From Sphaerodactylus townsendi (taxonomy: Eukaryota): a stretch of 64,000 bases of DNA. Position 1 is the stretch's first letter. Each line of letters begins with the position of its first letter. The notes beneath the pieces are model-generated. The model had not been told where the DNA came from. It did not search any database and was given only the letters and a program-made list of their open reading frames with translations. Below, in pieces: positions 11,881-24,465 of this stretch. The translations under genes and the position numbers were made by a program. Location of the stretch: the NCBI RefSeq assembly GCF_021028975.2, contig NC_059427.1, positions 114,700,001 to 114,764,000 on the forward strand. The letters are read 5' to 3'.

Positions 11881-12609
11881 CCCCCACTTTTTAACAGGGG
11901 TGGCTAGTAGACAAAAGGGAAAAACAATGTAATTTCAAAACAACTCCCCAGACCCTCCAAGCTCCAATAACCATTCATAAACAGAACTTAAAACACAAGT
12001 AGGCTTTAATTCAGCAAGGAGGAATGGGAAAATAAAATGGGATACACATACACACAACTCAAACTTAGACAACACAACTTAAAGTTAGAACCAAATAGCC
12101 GAGAAGAGTCTCTTAAGTCTCTTACAGTTTTCCTGCATTTTTTTGTTTACACTCAAGGAAGTGTCCTGCTCATTCCTGCCAAGTCAAGCCAGCATTTTGC
12201 CTGCCCCATACTTTCTGGTTGTTCCTCTACCTCTACTTGGGGACCTTTGCTGCTGCTTTTTATTTTTCTGTTTTGATAGTCTATCATGCCTGTGATAGAT
12301 CTACAGTATTATATTAAGAAAAGAAAGAAGTTCCATTGCCCTCTTGAAATGCTGGCAGAACTGCTGCTTTGTGAATGCAGGAAGGTGGGGAGGAGTGGGA
12401 AAACCTAAAGGAAGCTGAATATACACTGGTCTTTTCACTCTCTGTGCGAAGGAAGACAAAAAGTCACACTTTCACAGGTTTCGGAAACCATGCAAAGAGT
12501 CTGGTGAGTTCTGAAAAGGGAAAAATGGGTATGTAACCAAGAATCCAACCCAAACAGAATGTACACAGAATGTGAAGGAGACCACTTGCATGTAAATGGC
12601 TCTCTAAAG

Positions 12610-12795
12610 CAGTGGTTCTCAACCTTCCTAATGCTGTGACCCTTTAATACAGTTCCTCATGTTGTGGTGACCCCCAACCCTAACATTTATCTATTTTACA
12701 GATGGAGAACACTGATGCAGAGAGTCTTAGGCGACCCCTGTGAAAGGGTTGTTTGACCCCCAAAGGGGTCATGACCCACAGGTTGAGAACCGCTG
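12610..12795. mobile_element. SPIN-family hAT MITE (URR1-like)
   Basis: Termini CAGTGGTTCTCAACCTTCCTAATGC.. and ..GACCCACAGGTTGAGAACCGCTG match SPIN/URR1 ends as I recall them; perfect 8-bp TSD CTCTAAAG (12602-12609, 12796-12803). Confidence 0.95.
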
Positions 12796-15605
12796 CTCTA
12801 AAGCCTTCTAGAAGTCTCTTGCTCAGTCACTCAGTCTTTACTGTAGCTTGATGGGCTTTCGCTGGTGCTGCGCTTAGGGCAATTGCTGCCACTGCAGATC
12901 TCCAGAGGCTGCAGCTCTCTTGAGGTTCCATCTTAGGCTATGCTGTTCTCTCCCCTGAAGACTTTCTTTCTCCTCAAAAATATCTTTTCTTACTCCTCAA
13001 GCATAGATTTTTCCTCAGGTCACTCCTATAGCTCCCTGCCTCCCTGTCCAGGCCAAAATATATTTCCTGCAAATTCCAACAGAGGGCCCAATGTAAAGGG
13101 CCATTTTCTCCACTATGAACCTGTCCAACTGTTAATGTGTTCAGTGGAGACCCTGATCTGTGTACCACAACTTTCTGAAGAGAAGTGAGTGGATGTAAAT
13201 GATGGATGTGAAATCTGGCCAATAGAATACCCATCCAGTATCTGGCACCTGCAATTTTGATTTCTGAGAACCAAGTGAAGATGTTTTGATCTTCTCAGGG
13301 TCTTAGTAATATAGTGCTTTCTTTTCTCCTTGCTTTCTGTGCTGTACCACTGCTCTTTATTGGTTTTGACCTGAATTCAGCTGTGTAGTTATTTGTTTAT
13401 GTATTATTGTGTTGTAAGCTGCCTTAAGACTTCTGAGATAAAATAGAAAGGCGATAAATTAGGTTTTTTTCCCCCAGAAAGTTCACTTGAGATAAGGCTT
13501 TTAACAAATCCACAGTTTCTAGAGGGTCACAGAACTCTGTGACTTTTTTTTTTGCACCAGCACATTTTTAGTACAGAGCAAATTCAACCAGCAAAATATA
13601 TTCCAACTGGAGAGCATTGTTAGGATTTTTAAATATTTATGGTAAGGAAATAAAATTGAAACTGCTCTTTTAAAGGAGGAAGGAATTGGCTGCCCCTGAC
13701 CATAATGATGATGAGGAGTTTAAATGTAACTGCAAATGTGAAACTGTAAAACGCCCATAAACTGATCTGAAAGTCAGCCAGGGGTAGGAGGTTGGCAGTG
13801 CAGAGAACGTGAATGACTTCAGTACAAACATTTATGGGGGGGGATCTATTAAAGGGGGGAAAGGAGGAAAAGAACAAGATTTGCAAAGAGATTCTGGATG
13901 GAACTTCTTAAAATGACATTTCAGGAGACTTAATTTCATTTTGGTCCTTTTGTTTTGTAGCACACTGGATTGCACTGATTAATCACATCCTCCCCCACAA
14001 AAAAAAGAGATTCATATTCAAATGCAATCAACATGCAGATTTGTGGACATCAAATACAACTTCTTAGAACTTAGCCAGGTGACCAGGTTCCTCGAAAGGC
14101 TGGAGTCTGGAAAAGTGATTAAGTATAGGAAGGCCAATCTGCTGCTTTGTTCTCAGGGAATGTTGGAGCAAAACTAAGGTTCTAATTGAAAACCTGCTCA
14201 TTTGCTTAACATTGGGTAGAGTGGCATAGCAGAGAGCAGGTCAGGGCCTTCTCTGGAGGCTCTCATAAAGCTGTCAGTAAGTCCTGATGGTGTGAAAAAA
14301 CATAGCTTCTAAAGAACTTGCTTCTAGTTAAATTAAAAAGGGGGGAAATACCACAGTCCTCTTCTGTTCTGTAAAACCTAACAAATCAGCTGGGATCATA
14401 TAAACAGCAAATTTCACAGTATATTAGCCGTGGTTATGGAACAGAAGACCACTTACCAGCAAAGAATGCCAAAGCCCAGCACTGGGTAATGATGACATTC
14501 TTTTAGTGCAGGGCTTTCAAATCAGTTCTCTCTAATAAAAATGGACAGATTTGCCATCATTGATCAAAGCAATACAATGAGATTGTGAGCAGACATGGTA
14601 ATGGTGCCAGCCAGCAAAGAAATATATATTCCATTTTATTTTGCTTGGAAAGCTGGTCTGTTTAAGCACATGTGTGTAAGCACATGTAGAAGGAATGCAG
14701 GCTTAATAGCTGTTCCCGGCTCAGTCCACCAGCTAGTTCTGCTGGAGACTTTGGATTAAGCCAATTAAGTCACAGTTACATCAACATAAGCTGGAGCGCA
14801 GTTTCTTTAGGTGCCCTGAGGTATTGATGGTTCAGTGCATGAATCACCAACCTGTTTTCCAGATGTGGCTATCACAGCTGTAAGAAAAGACCCATCACCT
14901 TATCTTTACAGACTCCAAGTCTTTTGGAATACTAAAATGGTTACTTCTCCTCATAAAATTAATGGTGTGCTTTTTATGGGATTCAGCGCCAGCTGGCAGC
15001 CTGATTTTGTTTATAAAGGGCTGTTAATACAATTACTAGGCTACTTGACACTGTAAATTCTCTGTTGTTTTCTTTTCCTCATTTGGGAGATTCTCATTTA
15101 GATGTGCATTTGAAATCAGGTAGGATAATTACAGAAGCCTCATGCTCCACAGGCTGGATTTTAGGATGCCTTGCTGCTTGCATAATAGACCACATTTAAG
15201 AGTGTTCTAATGGCACTCAAAGTTCTTCTCCCTGCCAAAATATTTAGCACACAAGCCCCAGTTTGGCTAGGAAGAGCAGCTATGGAACTGTTTTGAGGAA
15301 CAAATCAACATTCTAATGTCCAGCCATTAGAAAGGAAAATATGTTTTAAATAGCATTTTGCAAACTTTCTCAAATGAACCTCACTAGCTAAATAAAAAGT
15401 TATTTTTGTCTTTTCATCCAACATAAAAGATGCAGAATGGTTGGTAGAGCTCAGTCAGTAGCCCTCTTGGTTATGATGTCTCTGAAGCCCACTTGGGTTG
15501 TTTAAAACCATGTACATCAGTGAGCCCAAAAAAGCCACCAGAAACAAAATATTGCAGACTGGTTCCTAATACCAGTCAACAGAACAAACAGAGAAGAGCC
15601 CAATG

Positions 15606-15912
15606 TGTAAGGAATTCCAAAGAGCAGAAATAAAAGGCTTTTGGATATAAGACCGTTTATTCAGACATCTTAGAAAGCACACACACACGACATGACAGGA
15701 ATGAGGCCTCCCGCCCAAACTACAGGTTATAACGTACTCAATCCCTTCCCCCTCCCTGGGCCATCCAGGCCCATCTCATGGGAACGGAATGCTCATCTTG
15801 GTCAGCAAGATAAGCCGTCCGTTGCCGCCGATTCTGGCCCGCCGCCCGGCTGGAGGCATTCCGTCAAGGCCAGCTGGCTGGGAGAGAACCAGGCAGACCT
15901 GCCATCCTTACA
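15606..15912 (-). mobile_element. Solo LTR (307 bp)
   Basis: Inverted termini TGTAAGGA..TCCTTACA and perfect 5-bp TSD CAATG. TTTATT at 15656 and TTATAA at 15727 suggest minus orientation (strand less certain). Confidence 0.88.
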
Positions 15913-15935
15913 CAATGCTTCTCTCATTTTTTACT

Positions 15936-16646
15936 ATATTTATTTATTCAATTTTTATCCTACTCTTGCATTAAGGGCCCTTCCTGCACGGGTCATAAAC
16001 AGCATCCTACCCTAGGGAGCTGTTCACATGGGAGGGGCTGCTGCATTGCAGCAGCGCCGCCCTCACTCCCCCCCTCAGCAGCGCGAAGACGCTGCTTTCA
16101 AACCTCGCTCCCTGAGCGAGGTTTTTCGGAAGCAGCGTTGCACGGCAGCAGCTGGAAGCCACCATTTCCCCCCCTTTCCCGAACGCCTTACTGTTCCCTC
16201 TGACCTTACGACACGTCGCACAGGCCAGAGGACACGCCCCCCCACCCTGCGACTCCAGAGCTGTCATGCAGGGCAGGGGGGCATGTCCCCTAGCCTGTGC
16301 AACACGCCGGAAGGCCGGAGGGGATGGTAAGGTGTTCGGGGGACAGCACAGCCTCTGCACAGGCTGTGCCGTCTTCCCCACCCCTACCGGGACCGTCTGT
16401 GTGAACGGTCCTGGGGGGGTGCGTCGGCGTTGTTTATGCTGACGCACCCCTGCAGCATGGCCATGTGGAAACGGCCAAGGGGTTCAAGGGGCATATATCT
16501 TACTTTCTCTATATCACCCTTCCAACAGATTTAGCATCTTACCCTGAGAGAAAATCACTAGTCCAAGGTCACCCAGTGAGTTTCATGGCAAGAAAATGTG
16601 GATCTCACCAGATATAGTCCAGCACTCTAACCACTACATCACTCCA
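15936..16646 (-). mobile_element. Old SINE interrupted by a MITE
   Basis: (TTTA)n tail ~15936-15950, core CCAAGGTCACCCAGTGAGTTTCATGGC ~16563, head CTCTAACCACTACA ~16625. Confidence 0.7.
15976..16476. mobile_element. PIF/Harbinger-like MITE
   Basis: Imperfect TIRs GGCCCTTCCTGCACGG / CCATGTGGAAACGGCC (same type as 56824-57534), 3-bp TSD AAG, GC/CpG-rich interior. Confidence 0.8.
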
Positions 16647-16784
16647 GGCACTTTCATACATGCAGAATAATGCACTTTTGATCCACTTTGCAGCTGGATT
16701 TTACTGTGCAAAATAGCAAAATCCACTTGCAAACAATTGTGAAAGTGAATTGGAAGTGCATTATTCTGCATGTGTGAAAGTGCC
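16647..16784. mobile_element. Short palindromic Harbinger-like MITE
   Basis: ~31-bp TIRs GGCACTTTCATACATGCAGAATAATGCACTT / AAGTGCATTATTCTGCATGTGTGAAAGTGCC. Confidence 0.85.
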
Positions 16785-17122
16785 CTAAGGCTCTCTTATT
16801 AATGTGAGTGAACTTCCAAATGGTGCAAGGAAATATGATTTTGATGTGACTATTGAAGCTGAATGAAGGGCTTCCACAGAGAATAGACTAAGGGGAAGAA
16901 GGTCTAGCACTTCCCAGTGATATTTTGGAGTCTCCCACATCTAGGCCTAAGAGGTACCATGGAGAGAGACTGAGGCTGCTCATTATCAACTTTTGCCTCA
17001 CATTCTAAAATGTATTAAACTAAATGTCTTCATGAAAGGAGAGGTTCTTTAGAACAAGATCCAAACATCCTCCTCATAATGCCTACCATTAGGATAATGC
17101 CTACTCAAGTTGCCACGCTAGT

Positions 17123-17300
17123 TCATAAGAGGTGCACTGTTGGATCTGACCAATGGTCTACCTAGCTGCACATTCTTTTTTACACAGTGGCTGACCAGTT
17201 GCCCTGGATGTCCAACAACCAGGGCATAGAAGCTTATTTCAAAATAAGAAGTGTGCACAAGAAGGATGGCTTTAAGCCATTCCCTTGACACCATTTTCCC
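17123..17300 (-). mobile_element. CR1 LINE 3' end fragment
   Basis: CATAAGA..CTGTTGGATCTGACCAATGGTC..ACACAGTGGCTGACCAGTTGCC is the reverse complement of the CR1 tail seen at 41350-41445. Confidence 0.65.
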
Positions 17301-18069
17301 ATGCTGAAACTGCACTGGGAAGTTGCTATTTGCACCACTGGGAAAACTTTCATGGGTGGGTTACACAAAAATTTCCCTGACAGGGCATAAAGTAGCTCCC
17401 CAGAGTAATTTCAGATAAGAACTGTGCAGGAGGCTTAAAACGCCTCTCTCTCTGTGCTGTGGTCCCACTCCAAATGGGCTCTGACTAGGTTTACTAGGAC
17501 TCCTGTTATAAAGGAGCAGCTTCTCTCACTGTTCAGAATGGGAGTGGGAGAATTTTTTTTTAAATGATGTCACTACATTCCTTCCATGTGCAACCCAGAG
17601 AATAGCTCCAGGAACCACCAAAAATTTAAGAGTTTCTGGTGATTCCTAGAGCTACCCATTGACACTTCTGGGTTGTACCCTAAAGTGAAATAGTGGCATT
17701 AGCACTGTGTGCCCCCTATGAACCTGCCCTTAGCCTTCTGCCAGTTGGTATGCTTGACCAAACAAACCTACTGCTGATAAACCTTAAAATTAAGTTTAAA
17801 AAGCAGTGAGAGTGCTGAACATGGAACTCACAGCATATGTGTCTGTTTTAGCCCCCAATGAAGTCATAGGCTACTTGAAAGTTGAACCAGCAGTTTCTAG
17901 CATCATCAGGCATACCCTCTAAACTATGCTACAGTTCACCAACTTTATAAATAGTATCTCAGATATAAAGTTTCTATCTAAATGTTGTTACGAAATTAAC
18001 CCATACTATCCAGCCTGTTGTTCATGACTACTGAGGGGCATAATACATCATTAGACACCATGAATCTCT

Positions 18070-18770
18070 TCTAGTGCACTTTTTTCAGATATCCCAAAAA
18101 AATGGCTCTATTAAAGTCTATGAAGATTTTTTTCAGGGTTTGGGAGGGTTTTTTCCCAAGTTAGTCACCAAATTTGCAGCATAGGACAGCTGACTCTCCT
18201 TAGAAGTTTGGTGAGGCTTGGGTCAGGGAATCCAATGGAGTTCCCAATGGAAGATGGGGTACCCCCTTTGGTGGCCCCTAAATATGAACCCCCCTCCCCC
18301 CAAACCATCAAATTTAGGGGGGATTCTTCTAAGGAGAATACATTGCAGCAGCTGTGCTGCAAATTTGGTGCCTCTACCGCACTTTTCTCATAGACCTTAA
18401 TGGACCAATGTCACACACTGAGCATCCATAGGAAAAAAATTACACCATTGACTTTGAGCAGAGGGGAAGCTGGGTAAATGTTTTGTTCTAATGGCTCTGG
18501 GCAGAAGCTGTTTTTCAAGGCAGAAGCACCAAATTTGCAGCAGAGCTGCTGGTGACTATGGAGAAAAACTTGGTGCCCATAGAATTGGGCTCCCTGATCC
18601 AGGCTTCACCAAACTCAGGGTTTCTTCTTAGGAGAGTAACCAGCATCTGCGTTGCAAATTTGGTGCCTTTACCTTAAAAAACAGCACCCCCAGAGCCCCA
18701 CAAAAATCTTCCAGTAAATATCTTCCCAGGCCCCCATTGTTTCCAATGGAAAATAAACCAGCCTTTTTCC
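18070..18770. mobile_element. Decayed relative of the modular repeat at 1-400
   Basis: CCCCCATTGTTTCCAATGG is identical at 147-165 and 18731-18749; 18588-18700 aligns by eye to 212-322; repeated ACCAAATTTGCAG / AAATTTGGTG motifs in both orientations. Confidence 0.7.
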
Positions 18771-20635
18771 CCCAGGGCAAAAGAAACAAGACATGCCTAT
18801 GAACAATCCCGAGCACATGTCAATGCATGGGCAGTTTATACCCCAGGTGCAGTTCCCCCTCCCTTTGTCACTGCATGCACCATCACAGCTTCAGAGTCTC
18901 ATCACAGGGGCGATGTCCTAGCCCACCACAACACCTCAACACAACAGAGAAACATTATCTGCATCATCAAATCCACCATGCTAAGTAGCATATCGGGCAG
19001 CAAGTGTTCTCCTCCATTGCCAGTCCCAAGTCTAGATGTGAAAGGAGGAGGGTTGAGCATCAGGCTAGCAACCCATCCCCATAAAAACCCCAATCACTAT
19101 GGAAACAATAAAAAGAACTTCGAGCATTTCTGGTAAACAGAAACATGCACCAGAAAATGAAGGGAAGAGAGAAGAAAAGAATTAATATAAAAAACTCAAA
19201 GAATACCCCCTCCACACACACACACAAAGTACTTGAAATTCAGAGATGGGGGGGGGACCCTGGTACTGGGCAGAGAAAACACATGCACAAAACTAAAGGA
19301 AATTCCTGTTTAAAAAACAGAATCCTCTGCACAAGGGCAAAATATACAAAAAAAAAACCCCTCTGCAACCATTTAAACTGGGGGAGGGGGACCAAGAACC
19401 ACACAAACAAGCAGCAGAAGACAAGTTTCTTTGACCTTACAAGAATTTCTGAAAAAAACCCAAGGGTTTCCAATCAAAAGATAGAAGGGGTGAAGGAATC
19501 CCCTCCAAAAAACATCCAAGATATACAGCTTAGAAAAAACCGATAGAATCACCCCCCCCACACACACACACACACACGGCCCTAAAAATACAAAACAAAA
19601 TAACAGCAACAACAAACCCTTAAACAACTTTTAACAAACAACAGGGAAACCAAACCAAACTCGAGGCAATTGAAGGACCTCTAGGCCTCACTAGGTTATG
19701 AAGCTCCCCAACACATCAACAAACCAAAGATTTTTTTAAAAGTGCAACAGGCACATTTCACACAAAAAACCCAATAAACAAATATTTAAAACCATTCAAC
19801 GTCTTATTCTCCAGGCAATAGGCAGGCAGCAGACAGGGGCATAATGAGGGGGTGGGGGGAAGCTTGAGGCCATTTGGGAGGGGACTTTGCCCTGGTCCCA
19901 CCCCCAAAATGAGCTTGCCCCATTTTATTTCCCTCAACTCGGGATTTTTGAAAATCGCTAAACTAGTGATCCTTTTGAAAAATCCTGGGTTGGAGCCGCT
20001 GCTACATGAACGGCCAGGCAGGAGGCGTTTCATTTCCCTCCCTATCACCATGCTGCCCATGGTCAGGGAGAATCCACCTGCCGTTGCCCTGTCATTGCAA
20101 GAATGCCACTTTTTCTTTTTCTTTTTTTTTGCAGGTTGCATCTGGGTAGCTATGCAAGTGCAGCTGGTTGTATTGTGGAATGATCGGCATGGCTGTGGCA
20201 GTTCATTTCTGCATGCCTGGATAGCTACACGTGTGTTGCAGAAAATGTTAAAAAGAGAGAGAGAGAAGAATCTCTGTCTGAAGCCATGAAAGCAACCCGG
20301 ATTGTTTCTGTGGGCTCCAATCGCTGCTTGCACGGTCCACATTTATTTATATTTATTTATATTTTGCATTTCTACCACACCAATCTCCCAAAGGACTCAA
20401 GGTGGCTTACATGTGAATGGAAAAAAGGAAAATGGGTTACTTCATAATGACTGCAACCTGTTTTACATTTGCAGTGCAGAATCGACCTATAAGAGAAACA
20501 GCGAACTCTGGATCAGTATCTACAAATTCTTGCTGCAAAAAAGATGGTCTGGTCCCTGTTAGAACTGAGAGCCACAGAAGTCTAGAGGGGAGGAAATCGT
20601 AGGTAGGCTGTAAGTAGGGGGAAGCAGTGTTCACA

Positions 20636-20940
20636 GGAGCAGCAGTGGCATAGTGATTAAGAGCAGGTGCATTCTAATCTGGAGGAACCGAGTTTGATTC
20701 CCCGCTCTGCCACTTGAGCTGTGGAGGCTTATCTGGGGAATTCAGATTAGCCTGTGCATTCCCACACACGCCAGCTGGGTGACCTTGGGCTAGTCACAGT
20801 TCTTCTGAGCTCTCTCAGCCCCCACCTACCTCACAGGGTGTTTGTTGTGAGGGGGGAAGGGCAAGGAGATTGTAAGCCCCTTTGAGTCTCCTACAGGAGA
20901 GAAAGGGGGGATATAAACCCAAACTCTTCTTCTTCTTCTT
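20636..20940 (+). mobile_element. Full-length tRNA-derived SINE (Squam3-like)
   Basis: A box TGGCATAGTGA, B box GAGTTTGATTCCC, core GCTGGGTGACCTTGGGCTAGTCAC, (CTT)n tail. Confidence 0.92.
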
Positions 20941-22017
20941 TATTAGGAGACAGGTAGGTTGCTGACTGGTTTCTTGGAATGTACTCTAAGAATTTTAGGC
21001 ACACTAAACTTTCTGTATGGTATGCACCATTATGCCATTGGTTACTTTAAACATGACACAGAAGTCCCTGTTTCTTCCCACCTTTCTGTTCAGTGGCATG
21101 GTACTTTTCATACCTACCAATAGTCTTTGATGAAGTTGGACCATGGTTAGATGAACATTTTCTTAACCATCTTTCCTTTTATTTCACTTAGGATTGCTTC
21201 AACTCAGCAATTAAAAATTGTTTAGCAATATATAATGCATAAGTGCCAGACAGAATCTTTGCATGTCAGAGGCATCATATTGGTCTTTAATCCATTTCCT
21301 GGCTGATTCTTCCTTTGTTGACTCAGCTGTATTAGAAGTGGGGGAACCAGCATGGCTGAAACCCACCCTGGATTGGCTTGTTTGATGATAACAACTGAAA
21401 GCCCAACATGGCTTATGTAATTTGTGCACCTGGTCTCAGTTTAGAGAGGACTTTAAAAAAAAATCCTTATCCTAAATCAAAAGCTGAAAACTGACGTATA
21501 TAGCGCAGCATTTAGAGCTAGAAGGTATTTTTGCTGTAGGTTTCTTGTCCCATCTCTTATGCATTTTTAACCAGGTTCTGGAACAGCAAAAAGAGTCGAT
21601 TGGCAAAACTAGACACCAGGTGTTACCCAGTGAAATAAAACCTGCAACACATGCATAAGATTAGCAAGTCTTCATTTGTGCCATTTGCTACTTTCAAGGA
21701 TGTGATACTCTAGCACAATGGCTTGAACGTCTTGCTATTTCCCTGTCCTGATCCTTCCACGTGCATTGTGGTTTTGGCCTGAAACTCCATTTGAAGTTAA
21801 AACAGTGTGATTCTTACATTACTCTGGACAAAAGTACAGAATTCTTCTTATAGGTGAAAAGTTGGTTCCCAAAGGCATACTTATGACCATAGAACTAGAA
21901 GGTCAGCCAACCTTTTCACCTTTCTATGTGCTTATGAAGAAAGGGCCACCCTTATGTAGTTTTAAGTAGGTTTAGGTAAACTGACATCAGATTGACAGTA
22001 CAAATTAACAGTACACA

Positions 22018-22230
22018 TTAATCTCCAGAAAGTTTGGCGGGCCTGTCTGGGGTTCATTGCGGAGTTGGACGTGCTGACGAGACTGTCATGTAGTGCAGTC
22101 CTTAAAGAAAATCATGAAGTATAATCCTAAGCAAAGTTGCAAAGTATTGTAGTAGTACATGACAGTCTTTTCAGCATTTCCAACTCTTCAAGGAACCCTG
22201 GATAAGGACTCTAAACTTTCTGGAGATTAA
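22018..22230 (+). repeat. Long imperfect inverted repeat (~75-bp arms) bounded by TTAA
   Basis: Perfect outer 18 bp TTAATCTCCAGAAAGTTT / AAACTTTCTGGAGATTAA; pairing continues without gaps to AGACTGTCATGTA / TACATGACAGTCT. Confidence 0.9.
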
Positions 22231-22739
22231 CTTGAGCATATGAACAATATGTTGGTGATGCTTTCTGTGAAACTTCCATGGCAACCTAAAAATCACAAAC
22301 TGTACGTAGGACCTTATATTTTGTGGAAACTGATTTGGAATGTTTACTGTTCATAGGATACCTGTTTTGTGCATGCCCTTAACCAAAAAACATGACATCG
22401 ACAGCATGCATATATCAAGATTTCTCTAATGTCAGATTTATATGATGCTCAATACCTGCTCCCTCTTACTAAACACTTGATTGCTGCCATGGATGGACTG
22501 GGAAGGCAACTGACCTGGGGAAAGTGCTGCACCCATTACCCAGACATTCTCCTACCTCCACTACATTGCCTCTTTGGAGGGAGGACTGGCTGGTGGTAAC
22601 TGCTATAGATGAACTTGCTCAGGGCAACTATGTGTGAGCCCCATCTGTGCAGGGTGATCCTGTTTAAGGTTTCTCTTACCTTGTGCAGGATGGGCATGTG
22701 CAAGGCAAGATGAATAGTCTCTTCTCACAAACAGCAGCT

Positions 22740-22930
22740 CCAAGCAAAGTGTCTAACTCCCTTTTAAAGCCATCTGCTCTTATGGATATAACTACTTCCA
22801 TGGGCATTGAATTCTACAACTTAATTCACTAAATAAATCATTTCCTTTTGCCTGTCTTGACGCTATTGAACAGGTTAAGGTATTATAGGAGATCATACCC
22901 TACTTTGTAGCTTACTTGTTTCCTGTTCAA
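22740..22930 (-). mobile_element. CR1 LINE ORF2 3' fragment
   Basis: GTCTAACTCCCTTTTAAAGCCATC..GGCATTGAATTCTACAACTTAATT is the antisense of a decayed IKLWNSLP..DGFKRELD motif (compare 41143-41220). Confidence 0.6.
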
Positions 22931-23264
22931 TTCTCAGTTCAAAAAAACAAAAAAAGTTGGGTTACTTTGAGTTTCTTTGGGAATTGCTTTTGATCTCATA
23001 AGATTGCATACTTTTGGCTTGATTCTTCAGTCAAAGGAGTTTGCTCGTAGAGTTTATGCCAAAATGCTCTCACTTTGCCATGTTGTATGCAGCCATTTAA
23101 AAAAAAATACACCAGCACATGGCACCCCCTCCTTTTTAAAGTCTTAAGCTGCTGTAGAAGTTTCAGTATTTTCTGTTTCTATAGAAACCTTTTTTGAGAC
23201 TGACTTTATTAATCACAGCGATACACAAACAACTTTGCAAGAGATTTGTTGCACTTAACAGCAA

Positions 23265-24465
23265 AAGTCCATTGCTTGGTTTGGTTAAAAGAATGGGTTT
23301 TGTTGAGAAATAGAGGATTGTTGGAATTAGAGGGATATGAGGATTCTAAAAATCATTATATTAGATGTGCCATTCTGAGAACAGGGGACAGATATCAACC
23401 AAGGTTGTGTCAGAAAACATCATTATTGCTCTCATCCAGAAGACCATGTACAAATAAGAAATGTTGGAAAATAGGTGGTTAACATATTGTGATATACTGG
23501 ACTTTTCTCAAGAGGAATTTAAAAATGTTTCAAATGTGTATTAGAAATGTGAACATCAAGGAGAATCATTTTACCATTTATGGTGGACTTTTAATAAAGC
23601 CAAAAAAATTTGGATACAAATAAATTCAATAATCCAGAAGATTTTAAAGACTACTGTAAAAATGAAACCAGAGGCATATCTTTGGGTCTTATGGACAGAC
23701 TGTTTGAAAAAAGAAACGGAATTCTGGTTTTAGATATGACATTGGCAGTGAGAATACACTATGCACAAAAATGGAAAACTTCATCTATACCCACAACAGA
23801 AGAATGGCTTGTAAACATATTGGAATTGGCTGAGATAGCTACGCTTTGATCAGAGAAAAGAACTTACCTAAGAGCCCCTCCCAAAGGGGAGGTGGCAAAA
23901 ATTCTTGAGGGAGTTGCAAAGCCTTTCAGCACTTTGTTTGCCCTCCCCAGGGCATTTGTCCCCATGGAGAAGGCAGATGCGCTGGCGGCTGCCCAGTCTT
24001 CAGGCCTGCGGCAGAGGCCAGGGAGCGGGCTGGGACATGCCTAGACAACCCTTAGACTTTTGCCCCCCCCCCCCTTTGAGGAACGCTTTTTGGCAATAGG
24101 GTTTTTAAAAATTTGTTTTGTTTGCTCTCTGTTTCTCCAGAAAGTCCTCTGAAGGTTGGGCTATAAGTTTATTGATAAGTAGAATCCCCTGATAGACTTT
24201 TTGCTTCAGGCAAAAATGAACGGATGATTTGTACATTTGAGGGCTAGAAAAATAAGAAAATAGATATAAGAAAAGTGTGATTCTACTTAATTAGTAAAAA
24301 TAAGTAAAAACAACTTAAACTTTATTTCTATATCTGCAGCTAGAGACCAAGTAAATTGTTGACTGTATTTGGCACAGGCAGTCAGGAGCCTTCCCTTCTC
24401 TCCTTATTGTTTTTGTTTGGGGCTTTTTAAATATCTGTTTTTCTTTTTAAAGGTTTGAATAAAAT
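23265..24465 (+). mobile_element. Decayed L1-clade LINE ORF2 C-terminus and 3' UTR, with an insertion at ~23872-24162
   Basis: Broken frames read WLKEWVLLRN.., FYHLWWT.., LGLMD..YAQKWKTSSIPTTEEWLVNILELAE, typical of squamate L1 ORF2 ends; AATAAA ~24458. Confidence 0.85.

Noticed and set aside
1742-11932. ORFs containing X runs (1742-2026, 11344-11932)
   Set aside because: Artefacts of translating assembly gaps.
19145-20342. Lys-rich 133-aa and 194-aa ORFs
   Set aside because: Products of low-complexity and repeat sequence; no domain or splice evidence.
20636-20715. tRNA gene
   Set aside because: A/B boxes belong to the SINE head and continue into SINE body and tail.
23246-23849. Host protein-coding exons
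   Set aside because: Frameshifted L1 ORF2 remnants.
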